DNA of 64,000 bases, taken from contig JAQBGU010000107.1 in NCBI GenBank assembly GCA_032128375.1, forward strand, positions 64,001 through 128,000. The letters are read 5' to 3'. The notes below the pieces were generated by a model. It was not told where the DNA came from. It saw only the letters and a program-made list of their open reading frames with translations, and ran no database searches. The translations under genes and the position numbers were made by a program. Source of the DNA: Deltaproteobacteria bacterium (GTDB taxonomy: Bacteria; Myxococcota_A; UBA9160; SMWR01). Shown here piece by piece: positions 1 through 10,046 of this stretch; the first letter of the stretch is position 1; every line of letters starts with the position of its first letter.

Positions 1-749
1 ATGGTCGGCGTCGCAAGTGCAGGGAGCAGCTTGAGTACGGCTTCGAGCCGATCAGCCGGCACGTTCATCATCAGACCGACGCGGTCGCTGGCGCGGATCG
101 CCCCCTTCAACACAATCAACAAGCGCTCCATCTTCCGGCATTTCCACGCGTCGGCGTGCGCATCGCGATTGGCGATCAAACGCGGCGTGCTCTCGAGCAC
201 GGTATCGATCACGCGCAGGTTGTTGGCGCGCAAGCTCGACCCGGTTTCCGTCACATCGATGATCGCGTCTGCGAGTAGCGGTGGCTTGACTTCGGTCGCC
301 CCCCAGGAGAACTCGACCTTGGCCTTGACCCCATGTTTCCGCAGATAACTCCGCGTGAGGTTCACGACCTCGGTTGCAATCCGCTTGCCGTTCAGATCCT
401 TGGGCTTGCGGATCTTCGAATCGTTCTTGACCGCGACGATCCAGCGGACCGGGCCGTAGTTGGGCCAAGGCGCACGCAGGTCCGCGAGTTCCTTCACCTT
501 CGCGCGGTTTTCGAGAGTCCAATCCAGCCCGGTGATGCCCGCGTCCAGAACCCCCTGCTCGACATAGCGCGCCATCTCCTGGGCGCGGATCAGCACACAT
601 TCGATTTCGGGATCGTCGATTTCCGGATAATAGGAACGCGACGGGATACTCAACCGGAAACCGGCATGGGTGAACAACATCAGGGTCGTTTCCTGAAGGC
701 TGCCCTTGGGAAGCCCGAGCCGAAGGATCTTGCCCTTGGAGGCCTTCAT
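1..749 (-). CDS. hisG: ATP phosphoribosyltransferase (3' end runs off the window)
   Basis: Manual translation from ATG at 749: MKASKGKILRLGLPKGSLQE...LIRAQEMARYVEQGVLDAGITGLDW, typical HisG motifs. The start overlaps the hisI stop (ATGA). Not in the ORF track because the stop lies outside the window. Confidence 0.95.
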   Translation of the reverse strand, partial: MKASKGKILRLGLPKGSLQETTLMLFTHAGFRLSIPSRSYYPEIDDPEIECVLIRAQEMARYVEQGVLDAGITGLDWTLENRAKVKELADLRAPWPNYGPVRWIVAVKNDSKIRKPKDLNGKRIATEVVNLTRSYLRKHGVKAKVEFSWGATEVKPPLLADAIIDVTETGSSLRANNLRVIDTVLESTPRLIANRDAHADAWKCRKMERLLIVLKGAIRASDRVGLMMNVPADRLEAVLKLLPALATPT

Positions 750-1156
750 TTTCCGTACACCTCTTTGGGATCGAAGACCTGTTCGCCGACGTCGATCCAG
801 CTGCCATCTTCGAGCTTTCGGAAAAAGCAGCTGCGCCGTCCGGTGTGGCACGCCGCTCCACCACGCTGCTCGACCCGGACAACCACGACATCGCCGTCAC
901 AGTCGATGAACAGGCTCTTCACCTTCTGCGTGTTCCCGCTCTGCTCGCCTTTGTGCCACAGCTTGTTTCGGGAGCGGCTCCAATACACGACCTCGCCTCG
1001 CGAAAGCGTCAGAAGAAACGATTCAGGGTTCATGAACGCGACCATGAGCACTTCGTCGGTCGCGTCGTCAATCGCGATCGCAGTGACCAGGCCGTCCGCC
1101 TTGCTGAAATCCAGCGCGTCGATGGGGCTCTTGCTGGGGTCTTCAAAGGGGTCCAT
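746..1156 (-). CDS. hisI: Phosphoribosyl-AMP cyclohydrolase
   Basis: Motifs YWSRSRNKLWHKGEQSGNTQ, DCDGD and ACHTGRRSCF. Confidence 0.97.
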   Translation of the reverse strand: MDPFEDPSKSPIDALDFSKADGLVTAIAIDDATDEVLMVAFMNPESFLLTLSRGEVVYWSRSRNKLWHKGEQSGNTQKVKSLFIDCDGDVVVVRVEQRGGAACHTGRRSCFFRKLEDGSWIDVGEQVFDPKEVYGK

Positions 1157-1169
1157 GGGGAGGCGGAGG

Positions 1170-3785
1170 CTATCGGGCAGCGAGCGCCGCCGCCAGACGC
1201 CCGCGCAAGGGCATCACATCTTCGAACAGCGGCCCGGGCTGGTAGAGCGGCTCTTTGCCGGTGGAGTCTGGGGCCTGCTCCAGAATGCCCCTGCGTTCCA
1301 TCAAGTCGAGCGACCCGCGAAACGCGGTCTCGTTTGCCGACTCTCTCCGCGCGACTTCTCCGAGTAGCTCGGAGCGCACGTAATGTTCGTCGGCCGCCTT
1401 CATCAGGTTCTTGCGCGACATCGCTCCAACCATCGCCAGCACGGCGTTCGAGGTCGCGTAGTAGACCTCGACGATTCCGCGCGTTTGTTCCGCCAGGAAT
1501 CGAAAATACGAAACGCCCTTTTCGGTAGGCTCGAGGCGCTCGCCGGAACGCTCGATCCAGCAGAATCGCTCGAAGTGGTCGATGAAGGCGTCTACGTGAG
1601 ACGCGAGAACTTCACCTTTGGGAGTGAAAAACTCGAAATAGAACAGGTCGAGCCAGACCGGCAATTCGGCGCGAACGCTGTCGATTTCTGGGCTCGACAG
1701 CAGGTGTCGCGCCAGGAAGCTCGGCGTCGCCAGGTAGTGGACGATCGTGTTCCGGTACATGTCGAGCGCCCGCACGCGACCGGGCTCGTAGTAAAGGACT
1801 TCTCCCCTCGCGTCGGGGTCGGAACGGATCAGGTCTGCGCTCAACATCGAGCCGATCGATACGTGGAATCCGCCCTCGTCGCGATCCAGTGCGGGCGTGA
1901 GTCGGACATCTTGCAGTCGCAGCAAGTCGACGATCTGCTGCATTCGCGCCGCCAACTCTTCGCGAAACATCCCGCGACTCGATTCCCCCATCAGCGCACA
2001 CGCGGCGACCGATGTCGCGTTGGGAATCACAGACCAGTTGATTCGTTCGACGAGGCGGTTGCCCAGCCCTTCGACAAACGCTCGTTTCTCCTGCAGGGCC
2101 TCGGGCGTGTCATCGAGGAACCGTTCGCGTTGGTCCCCCAAGGCGTCCGCCAGGGAAATCGGCTCACCAAAATTGACGAATACGCTCCCGAAGGCAAGAC
2201 GCAGGAATTTCCGCGCTCGGACGAGTCCCCACACGCTCTCGGCCTGTTTCTGTTCGCCTTCGAGTTCCCCCATCATCGCGCTCTCTTCGACGAGCCGTTC
2301 GTACGAGATCGCGATGGGTACGAAGAACATGTCGCGCCGCGCACTCGCGAGAAATGCCTCGACATTCCAGGCGAGCATCCCCAGTCGGGGCGCGAGCGAC
2401 TTGCCGGTTCGCGAACGACCCCCCTCGATGAAGAATTCCTGCGGGAAGCCCTGCTTGATCAGGTGAGCCACATAGGCTTGAAACACGGCTTTGTAGAGAG
2501 GATCGTCGAACGACTTCCGCAAGAAGAACGCGCCGGCGCGACGCCAAATGAACCCGAACGGGCCGAACGCCATGTTGTCCCTGGCCGCGATATGCGGCGG
2601 AACAAGGTGATTGCCGTAGAAGATGATCGACAGGATCAGAAAATCGAAGTACGAGCGATGGCTCGGTGCGAGCACGAGTGGGTGGCGCTTGGCGTAGTCG
2701 GCGATTTTCTCGATTCCCGTCAGCTCGATCGAAGTGAACAACCGCTTCAGGATGGCACCAACCAGAAAATTGAGAGCGGCCAGAAACGTCGAGTTCATAT
2801 TCGCGGCGATTTCGCGGAACATCTTCGCGGCCTCGGCTTGGCCACGCTCTACCGACGCGTTGCGTCCGCTCGCCCAATCGCGAATCGCGTGTTCGACTAC
2901 CGGGCTCCCGATCACGCTCTGTTGCACACGGTGACGGGGCCGCAGCGTCGGTCCCTCGACCACTTTCTCCTCGCGGTACAGGAAGGTCAGGATCGATCGA
3001 CGCACTTTGCGTGCGACGCGATACCGACCCTCTTTTCGCTGCGCGTGAACGAACCGTCCGAGGTCGATCGAACCTCCCACCTTCACACACAGGCCGCGAT
3101 AGGTGGTCAGAAACGAGATCACCTTCGCCAGGTCTGACGGTCGCGTCGTAGCGCCGTACGTGAGATTCAGAAATCCTTGATGTGAGCGCGGCCCCTTTGT
3201 CCAGAACAGCGCAAGCGGAACCAGGTAGACCGGACGATCGGAATCCCGGACGTTCGCGACGATCTCCTCGAGCAGGTCGAGTTCACCCTTACCGTGCTCG
3301 ACGGCGCTCTTGCGGGAGCGCAGCTGGGTTCGAATCCGGGCCGTGCGCAAGAACAGAAACGACGAGGTGCCGCGGCGAACGTTCGAACCGAGGTTCGCGC
3401 GTGTCTCAGCCAGGTCGAACTCCCGAAACAATTCCCCCCGCCGCGACCAGGCCAGTCGCAATAGTTGCAACAGCGGCCGGTAGTAGAAAAACCGGATGCC
3501 GTTGGCGAACCGGGACAACCTCAACCCTTCGCGGACGAACAGCGTGTTGAATAGGAAATAGTCGAGACGGCTCGCATAGCGCATCACGTAAACGACCGAT
3601 CCGCGACTCTCGAGTTCGCGAAGGTGATCGACGGTTTCTTTGTCGAGGTCGAAGTGACGGAAAAATCGCTGCGCAAACCACTGGAACGGCCAATTGAACT
3701 GAGGCGTCATCGCAGACAACGCATCGGAGGCGTCGTCCACCAGATCGATCCGATCGACCGAATTCTCCCCGGGGTGCTCAGCCAT
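1170..3785 (-). CDS. plsB: Glycerol-3-phosphate acyltransferase (PlsB/GPAT family)
   Basis: 871 aa; HRSYFD (HX4D) catalytic motif, GAFFLRK, FFIEGGRSRTGK, VPIAISYE. Confidence 0.85.
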   Translation of the reverse strand: MAEHPGENSVDRIDLVDDASDALSAMTPQFNWPFQWFAQRFFRHFDLDKETVDHLRELESRGSVVYVMRYASRLDYFLFNTLFVREGLRLSRFANGIRFFYYRPLLQLLRLAWSRRGELFREFDLAETRANLGSNVRRGTSSFLFLRTARIRTQLRSRKSAVEHGKGELDLLEEIVANVRDSDRPVYLVPLALFWTKGPRSHQGFLNLTYGATTRPSDLAKVISFLTTYRGLCVKVGGSIDLGRFVHAQRKEGRYRVARKVRRSILTFLYREEKVVEGPTLRPRHRVQQSVIGSPVVEHAIRDWASGRNASVERGQAEAAKMFREIAANMNSTFLAALNFLVGAILKRLFTSIELTGIEKIADYAKRHPLVLAPSHRSYFDFLILSIIFYGNHLVPPHIAARDNMAFGPFGFIWRRAGAFFLRKSFDDPLYKAVFQAYVAHLIKQGFPQEFFIEGGRSRTGKSLAPRLGMLAWNVEAFLASARRDMFFVPIAISYERLVEESAMMGELEGEQKQAESVWGLVRARKFLRLAFGSVFVNFGEPISLADALGDQRERFLDDTPEALQEKRAFVEGLGNRLVERINWSVIPNATSVAACALMGESSRGMFREELAARMQQIVDLLRLQDVRLTPALDRDEGGFHVSIGSMLSADLIRSDPDARGEVLYYEPGRVRALDMYRNTIVHYLATPSFLARHLLSSPEIDSVRAELPVWLDLFYFEFFTPKGEVLASHVDAFIDHFERFCWIERSGERLEPTEKGVSYFRFLAEQTRGIVEVYYATSNAVLAMVGAMSRKNLMKAADEHYVRSELLGEVARRESANETAFRGSLDLMERRGILEQAPDSTGKEPLYQPGPLFEDVMPLRGRLAAALAAR

Positions 3786-4101
3786 CGTCCACAGGTACCA
3801 CCGCTGAACCGGTGGGGCAACGAATACGTGCGGAGATTCGCCACCCCACGCAGCTGCCTCCGGAGTCTCCCTGGCTTGAAGAGAAATTCGTCCAATGCCC
3901 GAACCTCGCGAGCTGACCAGCCGCCATCAGCTGATGACCTCACCGGCGAATCGTTGGCGTACGCGAAGTCACCGCAGGTAGATTGCTGCACGCTTGGACC
4001 GCGCCCGTGAGCGCGCCTCCAAGCCGACACGCTGGGGAACGCGCTAGTGTCCCGACACAGGTTCGCCGCGCGCAAGAACCTGCCGAATTCCTGAGTTGGA
4101 T

Positions 4102-4143
4102 CATCCACTCACGAGCATCCACTCACGAGCATCCACTCACGAG
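4102..4143 (+). repeat. Perfect tandem repeat 3 x CATCCACTCACGAG
   Basis: Three exact 14-bp copies; the last copy runs into the GAGGT RBS of the downstream gene. Confidence 0.95.
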
Positions 4144-4151
4144 GTAGTCGC

Positions 4152-5237
4152 ATGGATCTCTCCAAGTTCTCGACGGAAACGCTGATTTCGAGCGTGTTTC
4201 GGGACTCCTATACGCTCGACTCCGAGAAACTCGAATCGCTGTACAGCAAGTCGAAACGTCACCAATGGAATGCCGAGGTCGACGTCGACTGGAGCCAGTT
4301 CGAACCCGGCTGTGACATTCTGGATCGCGAAACGGACTTCTTGTTTAGACTGGACTGTGTTCGGAAACTCCCCGAATCGCAGCAGGCCGCGCTGTGGCGC
4401 GGTGCCAACCTGTTCTTGATTTCGCAGGTTCTGCACGGCGAGCAGGCGGCTTTGATGACCTGTGGTCAACTGGTCAACGCAGTGCCCGATATCGATGGTA
4501 AGTTTGCCGCCGCGGTCCAGGTGATGGACGAGGCACGTCACGTCGAAGTCTTCGCCCGCTACCTCGAGTGCCAGGGGCAGCGCTTTCCGATCGACCCGGA
4601 TCTGAAGTGGATCATCGAGCGGCTGCTCGGTGAATCCGACTGGGAGGCGAAGTGCGTCGGAATGCAGATCATTTTGGAAAGCGTCGCGCTGTCGTTTTTT
4701 CGACTCGGCGAGAGCCGCGGAATCGAGCCGGTCTTCAAGTCATTCATCGGCCGTGTTCACGAAGACGAGTCACGCCACGTGGCCTATGGCGTACTGTCGC
4801 TGAGCGAGCGGATCCCGGAACTCCCGGCGGGTGTGCGAAACCGCCTCGAGGACTGGGCATACGACTCCGTGGCCAGACTCGCTGGCCGCGCCGGCAAGCC
4901 CAGCTTCACGTCACAGTTCCAGGCATTGGCGAGCGTCGGTCTCGATCTCGAAAGCTTCCTTCCGAAGCTGATTGAAGAAACCCGCGACAGTTCGCACATC
5001 GACTTCGAAGGTCTCGACGACCCGATGGCACAGACGGTCCTCCCCAACCTGATGCGCGTCGGCCTCGTCCCGGAGCGGCTCGTCAACGGCTACCTCGCGC
5101 AGGGATTCCGGATCGACCTCTCGGCCGGCACCGTGGACGACATCCACACTCACCATGACGAAACGCAAGCCGCCCGCTCCGTGTTCGCGGCGAAGGGCGT
5201 GGACTTCTCAGACGCCAAACAGGTGGCGGCCGCCTGA
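4152..5237 (+). CDS. Ferritin-like di-iron protein (AurF/aldehyde-decarbonylase-like superfamily)
   Basis: LHGEQAAL, DEARHVEVF, ILESVAL, DESRHVAYG: two EXXH iron-ligand motifs; RBS GAGGT. Confidence 0.8.
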   Translation: MDLSKFSTETLISSVFRDSYTLDSEKLESLYSKSKRHQWNAEVDVDWSQFEPGCDILDRETDFLFRLDCVRKLPESQQAALWRGANLFLISQVLHGEQAALMTCGQLVNAVPDIDGKFAAAVQVMDEARHVEVFARYLECQGQRFPIDPDLKWIIERLLGESDWEAKCVGMQIILESVALSFFRLGESRGIEPVFKSFIGRVHEDESRHVAYGVLSLSERIPELPAGVRNRLEDWAYDSVARLAGRAGKPSFTSQFQALASVGLDLESFLPKLIEETRDSSHIDFEGLDDPMAQTVLPNLMRVGLVPERLVNGYLAQGFRIDLSAGTVDDIHTHHDETQAARSVFAAKGVDFSDAKQVAAA

Positions 5238-5243
5238 CCCGGT

Positions 5244-5271
5244 GGCGGTAGGGGCTGCCCGTCCTTCCGCC
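5244..5271. terminator. Possible hairpin terminator between convergent genes
   Basis: GGCGGTAGG...CCTTCCGCC imperfect inverted repeat; no U-tract. Confidence 0.3.
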
Positions 5272-6287
5272 TATCGCAGTCGATACACGCTGCTGGCGGT
5301 GCCGTGGAACATTGCGTCCTTCTCGTCCTCCGAGAAGTCTTGGACGATTTTCTTCATGCCGTTCCACATGACGTGGTACGACAGCGAGAATTTGTCGACC
5401 GGAAAGTTGCTCTCGAACATGCAGCGGGCCGGCGTGAAGCACTCGATCATGTGCAGGTAGTAGCGTGACTGCGCCGCGACGAACTCATCCGAAGACGGCG
5501 GAAGATCTCGCCCCATCCAGCCGAAGCCGTTGTCCGGCATCGCGAGACCTCCGAGCTTTGCAAACACGTTTTCCGATCTAGCAATTTGCGCCACGTCCTT
5601 CTTCCACTGCTCGAAAATTTCCTCGCGCCGGGTCGCATAGCTACCAACACCAAGCGGCGTACCGAAGTGGTCCAGCACCATGATCGTATCCGGAACTGCC
5701 TGAGCGAGCGCTGCGAATGCCGGATTCTGGTGGTGGTAGTGCCAGGTGTCGTAGCTGTGGCCGAGCCGGCCGAGGACCTTGACGCCTTTTTGGAAACTCG
5801 CGTCTTCGTACAAGCCAGCCGGAGCGCGCCCTGGGATCATCAGCACCTCGGGATGGTCGTCGCGCGCTCCCGCATGGCGGATGCCGCGAAACAGGCCTCG
5901 ACCTGCTTCGACGTGTTGCCACAACAGGGCTTCCAGGCCATCGGTGATGGTCAGATCGACATGGGAAATCAGCGCAGCGATTTTCGCCCGTCCGGATCCG
6001 TCCGCAGCGCTCCTTGCGGCCGCATCCACGACAAAATCGATCTCTCCGATCGATCTCTGCCCTTGCGGCCCCTGTGTCCGATATTCAGCCCCGCACTCCA
6101 TGAACACTGTTTTCTCGATGTTGTGACCGCTGCCGGTGTCTGCCCACAAGTCGTCGAGCAGATACCGCGGCAGTCCCGGGTGTCGCCACAGGTGATGGTG
6201 CGGATCGACGATCGGACGATCCGCGTCGATGATTTCTTCTCGCACCTGATCTAGCCAGGCTCCCGGGTGGGATAGCAGGTCACTCAT
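5271..6287 (-). CDS. Amidohydrolase family protein (Amidohydro_2-like)
   Basis: DPHHHLW, RGIRH, VLDHFG, MFESNFPVD; start at 6287 after GGAGGAG RBS. Confidence 0.88.
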   Translation of the reverse strand: MSDLLSHPGAWLDQVREEIIDADRPIVDPHHHLWRHPGLPRYLLDDLWADTGSGHNIEKTVFMECGAEYRTQGPQGQRSIGEIDFVVDAAARSAADGSGRAKIAALISHVDLTITDGLEALLWQHVEAGRGLFRGIRHAGARDDHPEVLMIPGRAPAGLYEDASFQKGVKVLGRLGHSYDTWHYHHQNPAFAALAQAVPDTIMVLDHFGTPLGVGSYATRREEIFEQWKKDVAQIARSENVFAKLGGLAMPDNGFGWMGRDLPPSSDEFVAAQSRYYLHMIECFTPARCMFESNFPVDKFSLSYHVMWNGMKKIVQDFSEDEKDAMFHGTASSVYRLR

Positions 6288-6318
6288 TCGTGTTTTCTCC
6301 TCCTTCGGCGGCAGAGGA

Positions 6319-7194
6319 TCAAGCCGGCAAATCGGCCAGTTCGAGGCTGACATCCCACAGACGCGCGGCATCTTCTGAATACCGCGCATTCGCGGCGAGC
6401 GGTCGGAGTTTCATGTTGTAGAAGTACCCGCCGTTTTTTTCTCGGCCCTGCCGAACCGCGGGCGCTGTGCACAAGTACACCCCGGTTTCTCCGCCCTTCT
6501 GCGGAGACCGCGCAAACGGCGAGATCAGCGCCGTGGCGAACCGCGCAAAGCGACCGTTGTTCTTGGCCAGATCACTGCCTACGAAACCGGGATGGAAGCT
6601 GTGGGCGCTGAGCCCGCGGATCCCATGGCGCCGGCCGAGTTCTTGCGCGAACAACACGTTGGCGAGCTTCGATCGACAGTAGACGGGAAATGCCGAGTAT
6701 TTCTTCTCTGCCTGCAGGTCATCGAAATCGAGTCGCCCGGCGAACTTGTAGCCGTCCGAGGCGGTGCAGACCACACGTGGCTCGTCGGTCCCGCATAGGC
6801 GGTCGAGCAGCAGGTTCGTCAACAGGAAATGGCCGAGGTGATTGACCGCGAAGGTGGTTTCGTAGCCGTCTTCAGTGGTACTTCGAGACAGGTTGAACAC
6901 GCCCGCGTTGTTGTACAGCACGTGCAGCGGGCGATCGCTGCTGAGAAACCTTTCGGCGACACGGCGGACGTCCTGCTGTACCCCCAGATCGCCGACCAGC
7001 ATGTCGAGCTTTGCAGTTCCGTGCGCGCGACCCATCTCGTCGAGGACTCGTTGCCCCTTGTCGGCGTCCCGACACACCCCGACGATGTCGGCGCCCATGG
7101 CCGCCAGCGCGAACGCCGACGCGCGACCCAGCCCGGCCGTGAAGCCGGTAACCATCACGGTCTTGCCGCGCATGTCGGTGTGGGGGGCTGCCAC
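6319..7194 (-). CDS. Short-chain dehydrogenase/reductase (retinol-dehydrogenase-like)
   Basis: TGFTAGLG, NNAGV, VNHLGHF, YCRSK; GTG start at 7194 after AGGAG (ATG 7173 is an alternative). Confidence 0.88.
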   Translation of the reverse strand: MAAPHTDMRGKTVMVTGFTAGLGRASAFALAAMGADIVGVCRDADKGQRVLDEMGRAHGTAKLDMLVGDLGVQQDVRRVAERFLSSDRPLHVLYNNAGVFNLSRSTTEDGYETTFAVNHLGHFLLTNLLLDRLCGTDEPRVVCTASDGYKFAGRLDFDDLQAEKKYSAFPVYCRSKLANVLFAQELGRRHGIRGLSAHSFHPGFVGSDLAKNNGRFARFATALISPFARSPQKGGETGVYLCTAPAVRQGREKNGGYFYNMKLRPLAANARYSEDAARLWDVSLELADLPA

Positions 7195-7486
7195 GGCTAG
7201 CGATCTCCTGCGCTGGAATCCTGGGGTTGTGGAATTGTAGGGGAACTGGCGCGACCAAAGCTCTCCGCGACCGCGGGCTTCTGGCGATCCAACGGGCAGG
7301 CAGGCTACTTGCGGGGGGTCGGATCTGTGGAGCGGGCACGCGTGGAGCGGCCCGGGTAGCGGTCGACTGGCTCCGCGGCGCACCGAGTTCGACGCTGCAG
7401 GCGCTTGGGTCGACGTTGGACGCGAGAGCGTCGCAATCCCGCTACCCTGGGGAGACGCGGGAACGAGCTATCGGAGGCAAGTAGGC

Positions 7487-8251
7487 ATGGTCGATTCAAA
7501 AGCCCTCGCGAGCTGGATCGAACTCGAAGGCTGTTTCAATTTTCGCGACCTCGGGAACTACACCAACACCACAGGCAAGCAGATGCGTTGTGGGCAGGTG
7601 TTTCGCGCCGACGGTCTGCAGCGCCTCACCGAGACGGACCTGGATCACCTGTGTGGAGAGATCGGCCTGCGCGGCGTGATCGATCTGCGCTCGAGCGATG
7701 AGGTAGAGGCGGATGGTCGCGGCGCGATCGAGCAGCGCGTTGCCATCCACCACGTGCCGCTATTCGAACGCACGCGTGCCGGGGCAGGCCAGGCTAGAGC
7801 TGATTGGATCAAGCCCGAACTGCTCTCGCATATGGGTGATCTCTATTGGCTCATGCTGCAAGCGGCCAGCGGGCCGATCGTCGAGGTAGTCAAGCTGATC
7901 GCGGAATCGGAGAGTCCGCTGGTGTTCCACTGTGCGGCCGGCAAGGACAGAACGGGCGTCATCTCGTCGGTACTGCTTTCGCTGCTCGACGTACCGCAGG
8001 AAACGATCATCGCCGACTACGCCTTCAGCCGGAAGAACATCGATGCGATCAACGCGCGCCTGGGTGAGAGTGAGACGTACAAGAAGATGATGGACGCGAT
8101 GCCCCCGGACGCCTACGACGCGGATCCCGCCGCGATGACGCACTTCCTCTCCAAGGTGACCGAACAGGAGGGGTCCATGGTGGATTGGGCTGCGAACGCG
8201 GGAATCGATGACACGATGCGTGCGCAGTTGCAGGCGCGTCTGCTGGTCTAG
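7487..8251 (+). CDS. Protein tyrosine/lipid phosphatase (Y_phosphatase3 family)
   Basis: NFRDLG, IDLRS and the P-loop HCAAGKDRTG. Confidence 0.92.
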   Translation: MVDSKALASWIELEGCFNFRDLGNYTNTTGKQMRCGQVFRADGLQRLTETDLDHLCGEIGLRGVIDLRSSDEVEADGRGAIEQRVAIHHVPLFERTRAGAGQARADWIKPELLSHMGDLYWLMLQAASGPIVEVVKLIAESESPLVFHCAAGKDRTGVISSVLLSLLDVPQETIIADYAFSRKNIDAINARLGESETYKKMMDAMPPDAYDADPAAMTHFLSKVTEQEGSMVDWAANAGIDDTMRAQLQARLLV

Positions 8252-8399
8252 GTGCACGCAACGCTCGCCCGAGTGTCGCGAGTTCGCGAGCTTTCAGCGT
8301 TCAACCGCGATACCAGACCGGGCGCAAGCATAGTTCGAACCGATTCGTCGGGCCGCGTAGCCGTTCAGGCAAGCGAAGCGGGTGCCCGATAGTTCAGAC

Positions 8400-9029
8400 A
8401 TGAACCATGTCGAGATCCGAGCGTTGTTCGTTGTGCTGGTGCTTCTACTTCCAGTTCCAACCTTGTTCCCAACGCTGGCCCTCGCTGACCACTCCGCTCA
8501 GGCAACCGCTGATCGGGCGGTCGCATTGATTTCCGATGGCAACTTGAAGGCGGTCAGTTCGCTTCACCACTATCCGCCCACGTATTCGGACCAGGAGCTG
8601 CTCGCTGACGAGCAGACTGTAACCAAGGGCCTCGCGCTTCTGGTACGCCGATTTGGATCCATCAGTGATGCCCAACCGAGCGAGTCGCTGCGCTACTTCT
8701 ACCACGTTGGCAGCGGGGGCGGCACCGTTGAGTACTGGCGGTCGATTCCGGGTAGCAGCGTTACGAATCATGTATACGACGTGCACTTTGGCTCCGCCGG
8801 CGATGGATTCATCAAGGTCGATGTTGTCTCGATCGAGGAAGGGTCCAGCCCGCAGATCAAGGCGATCGAGTTCGGCTTGCCAACCGAGAGACCGGGCGCG
8901 AAGCAGCAGATCGTTTCGACGATGAAAGCGCTCCTGATCGAACTGGGGGTTCCGCTTCCGGAGAATTTCATTGAGTTGGCCGAGCAGTCGATGCAGGCCG
9001 CCGGCTCGGTCCCGGCCAACCACCAATGA
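8400..9029 (+). CDS. Hypothetical exported protein
   Basis: ORF with a hydrophobic N-terminal signal ending ALA-DH; no recognisable family; start uncertain (8382 or 8400). Confidence 0.6.
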   Translation: MNHVEIRALFVVLVLLLPVPTLFPTLALADHSAQATADRAVALISDGNLKAVSSLHHYPPTYSDQELLADEQTVTKGLALLVRRFGSISDAQPSESLRYFYHVGSGGGTVEYWRSIPGSSVTNHVYDVHFGSAGDGFIKVDVVSIEEGSSPQIKAIEFGLPTERPGAKQQIVSTMKALLIELGVPLPENFIELAEQSMQAAGSVPANHQ

Positions 9030-9125
9030 ACGCGCCCAGGTAGCCTGCCCCCGAGCAGCGCGTTGGCGCCCGGCCGATCGCGCAGCCGGTCCAACAGGTG
9101 CACTGCTGTGATGTATATTGCGGCC

Positions 9126-10037
9126 ATGCGAGAGTCGCCCCTACGACCCGTCACGCCGGGAGAAATCGAGGCCTTTCACCGCGACGGCGCCGTATTGATC
9201 AAAGGTGTCCTGTCACAGAATTGGGTCAATCTCGTCCGCGACGGGATCGACGCTGCGATCGCCGAACCCGACCAGTTGTCGGGACTCGCTGGGGCCGAGC
9301 TGCGGGTCGACCAGTTCCCGGCATCGCGGTCGCCGGCGCTGAGACGGATCATCGACGAGTCTCCTGTCGCCGAAATCGTCGGGTCCGCGCTGCGCAGCCC
9401 GGTCCGCTTCTACATGGACCAGGGCTTCTACAAGAGTCAGGGAATGATTGCCCCGACCCCATGGCACCAGGACACCTGTTACTACAACATCGGCGGCCAC
9501 GACCTGATCCGTGCATGGGTGTCCGCCGACCCGGTCCCGCGCAATATCGCGTTGGAGTTCGTGCGCGGATCCCAGCTGTGGAATGTCACGTACCGGCCAC
9601 TCGCGGGCCGTGACCCCGAGTTCGACGCCGAAGCGCGTACCCTGCTCGAGAACGCTCCCAGCGATCGACCCATGCTCGGCGCCCGGGCCTACGAAAACTG
9701 GACCTACTGGAGCGGCGTGCGCGACACGCGCCTGCCGCTGGTTCCCGATATCGAATCACACCGCGATTCGTACGAGATTCTCGGCTGGGAGTGCGAACCG
9801 GGCGACGTCATCCTGTTCCATGGCAACATCCTTCACTCTGCGTTGGGCAATGTGAGCTTGCCGCACCCGCGCCGCGCACACGCATCACTTTGGGCCGGTC
9901 GAGACGTCCACTACCTGAACCGCCCTGGTCAGATCATTCCCGACCCGGCCGCCCTTTATGTCCATGAGCCGAAGACGGGACAGCCGCTCAGCGACTTTCC
10001 AGACGTCTTCCCGCTCGCGTGGACTCCTGACCCGTAG
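9126..10037 (+). CDS. Phytanoyl-CoA dioxygenase family Fe(II)/2-oxoglutarate oxygenase
   Basis: TPWHQD...LEFVRGS...GDVILFHGNILHSA facial triad. Confidence 0.88.
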   Translation: MRESPLRPVTPGEIEAFHRDGAVLIKGVLSQNWVNLVRDGIDAAIAEPDQLSGLAGAELRVDQFPASRSPALRRIIDESPVAEIVGSALRSPVRFYMDQGFYKSQGMIAPTPWHQDTCYYNIGGHDLIRAWVSADPVPRNIALEFVRGSQLWNVTYRPLAGRDPEFDAEARTLLENAPSDRPMLGARAYENWTYWSGVRDTRLPLVPDIESHRDSYEILGWECEPGDVILFHGNILHSALGNVSLPHPRRAHASLWAGRDVHYLNRPGQIIPDPAALYVHEPKTGQPLSDFPDVFPLAWTPDP

Positions 10038-10046
10038 CGACGCTCA

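Noticed and set aside
1383..3137. Long antisense or alternate-frame ORFs (this one; also 19095-20396, 32355-33605, 56603-58048 and others)
   Set aside because: Shadows of real genes caused by GC-rich codon usage; they contain no recognisable motifs.
3931..3975. CTGATGA suggested a hammerhead ribozyme core
   Set aside because: No properly placed GAAA or stems II/III; the CTGATG is half of a DNA palindrome.
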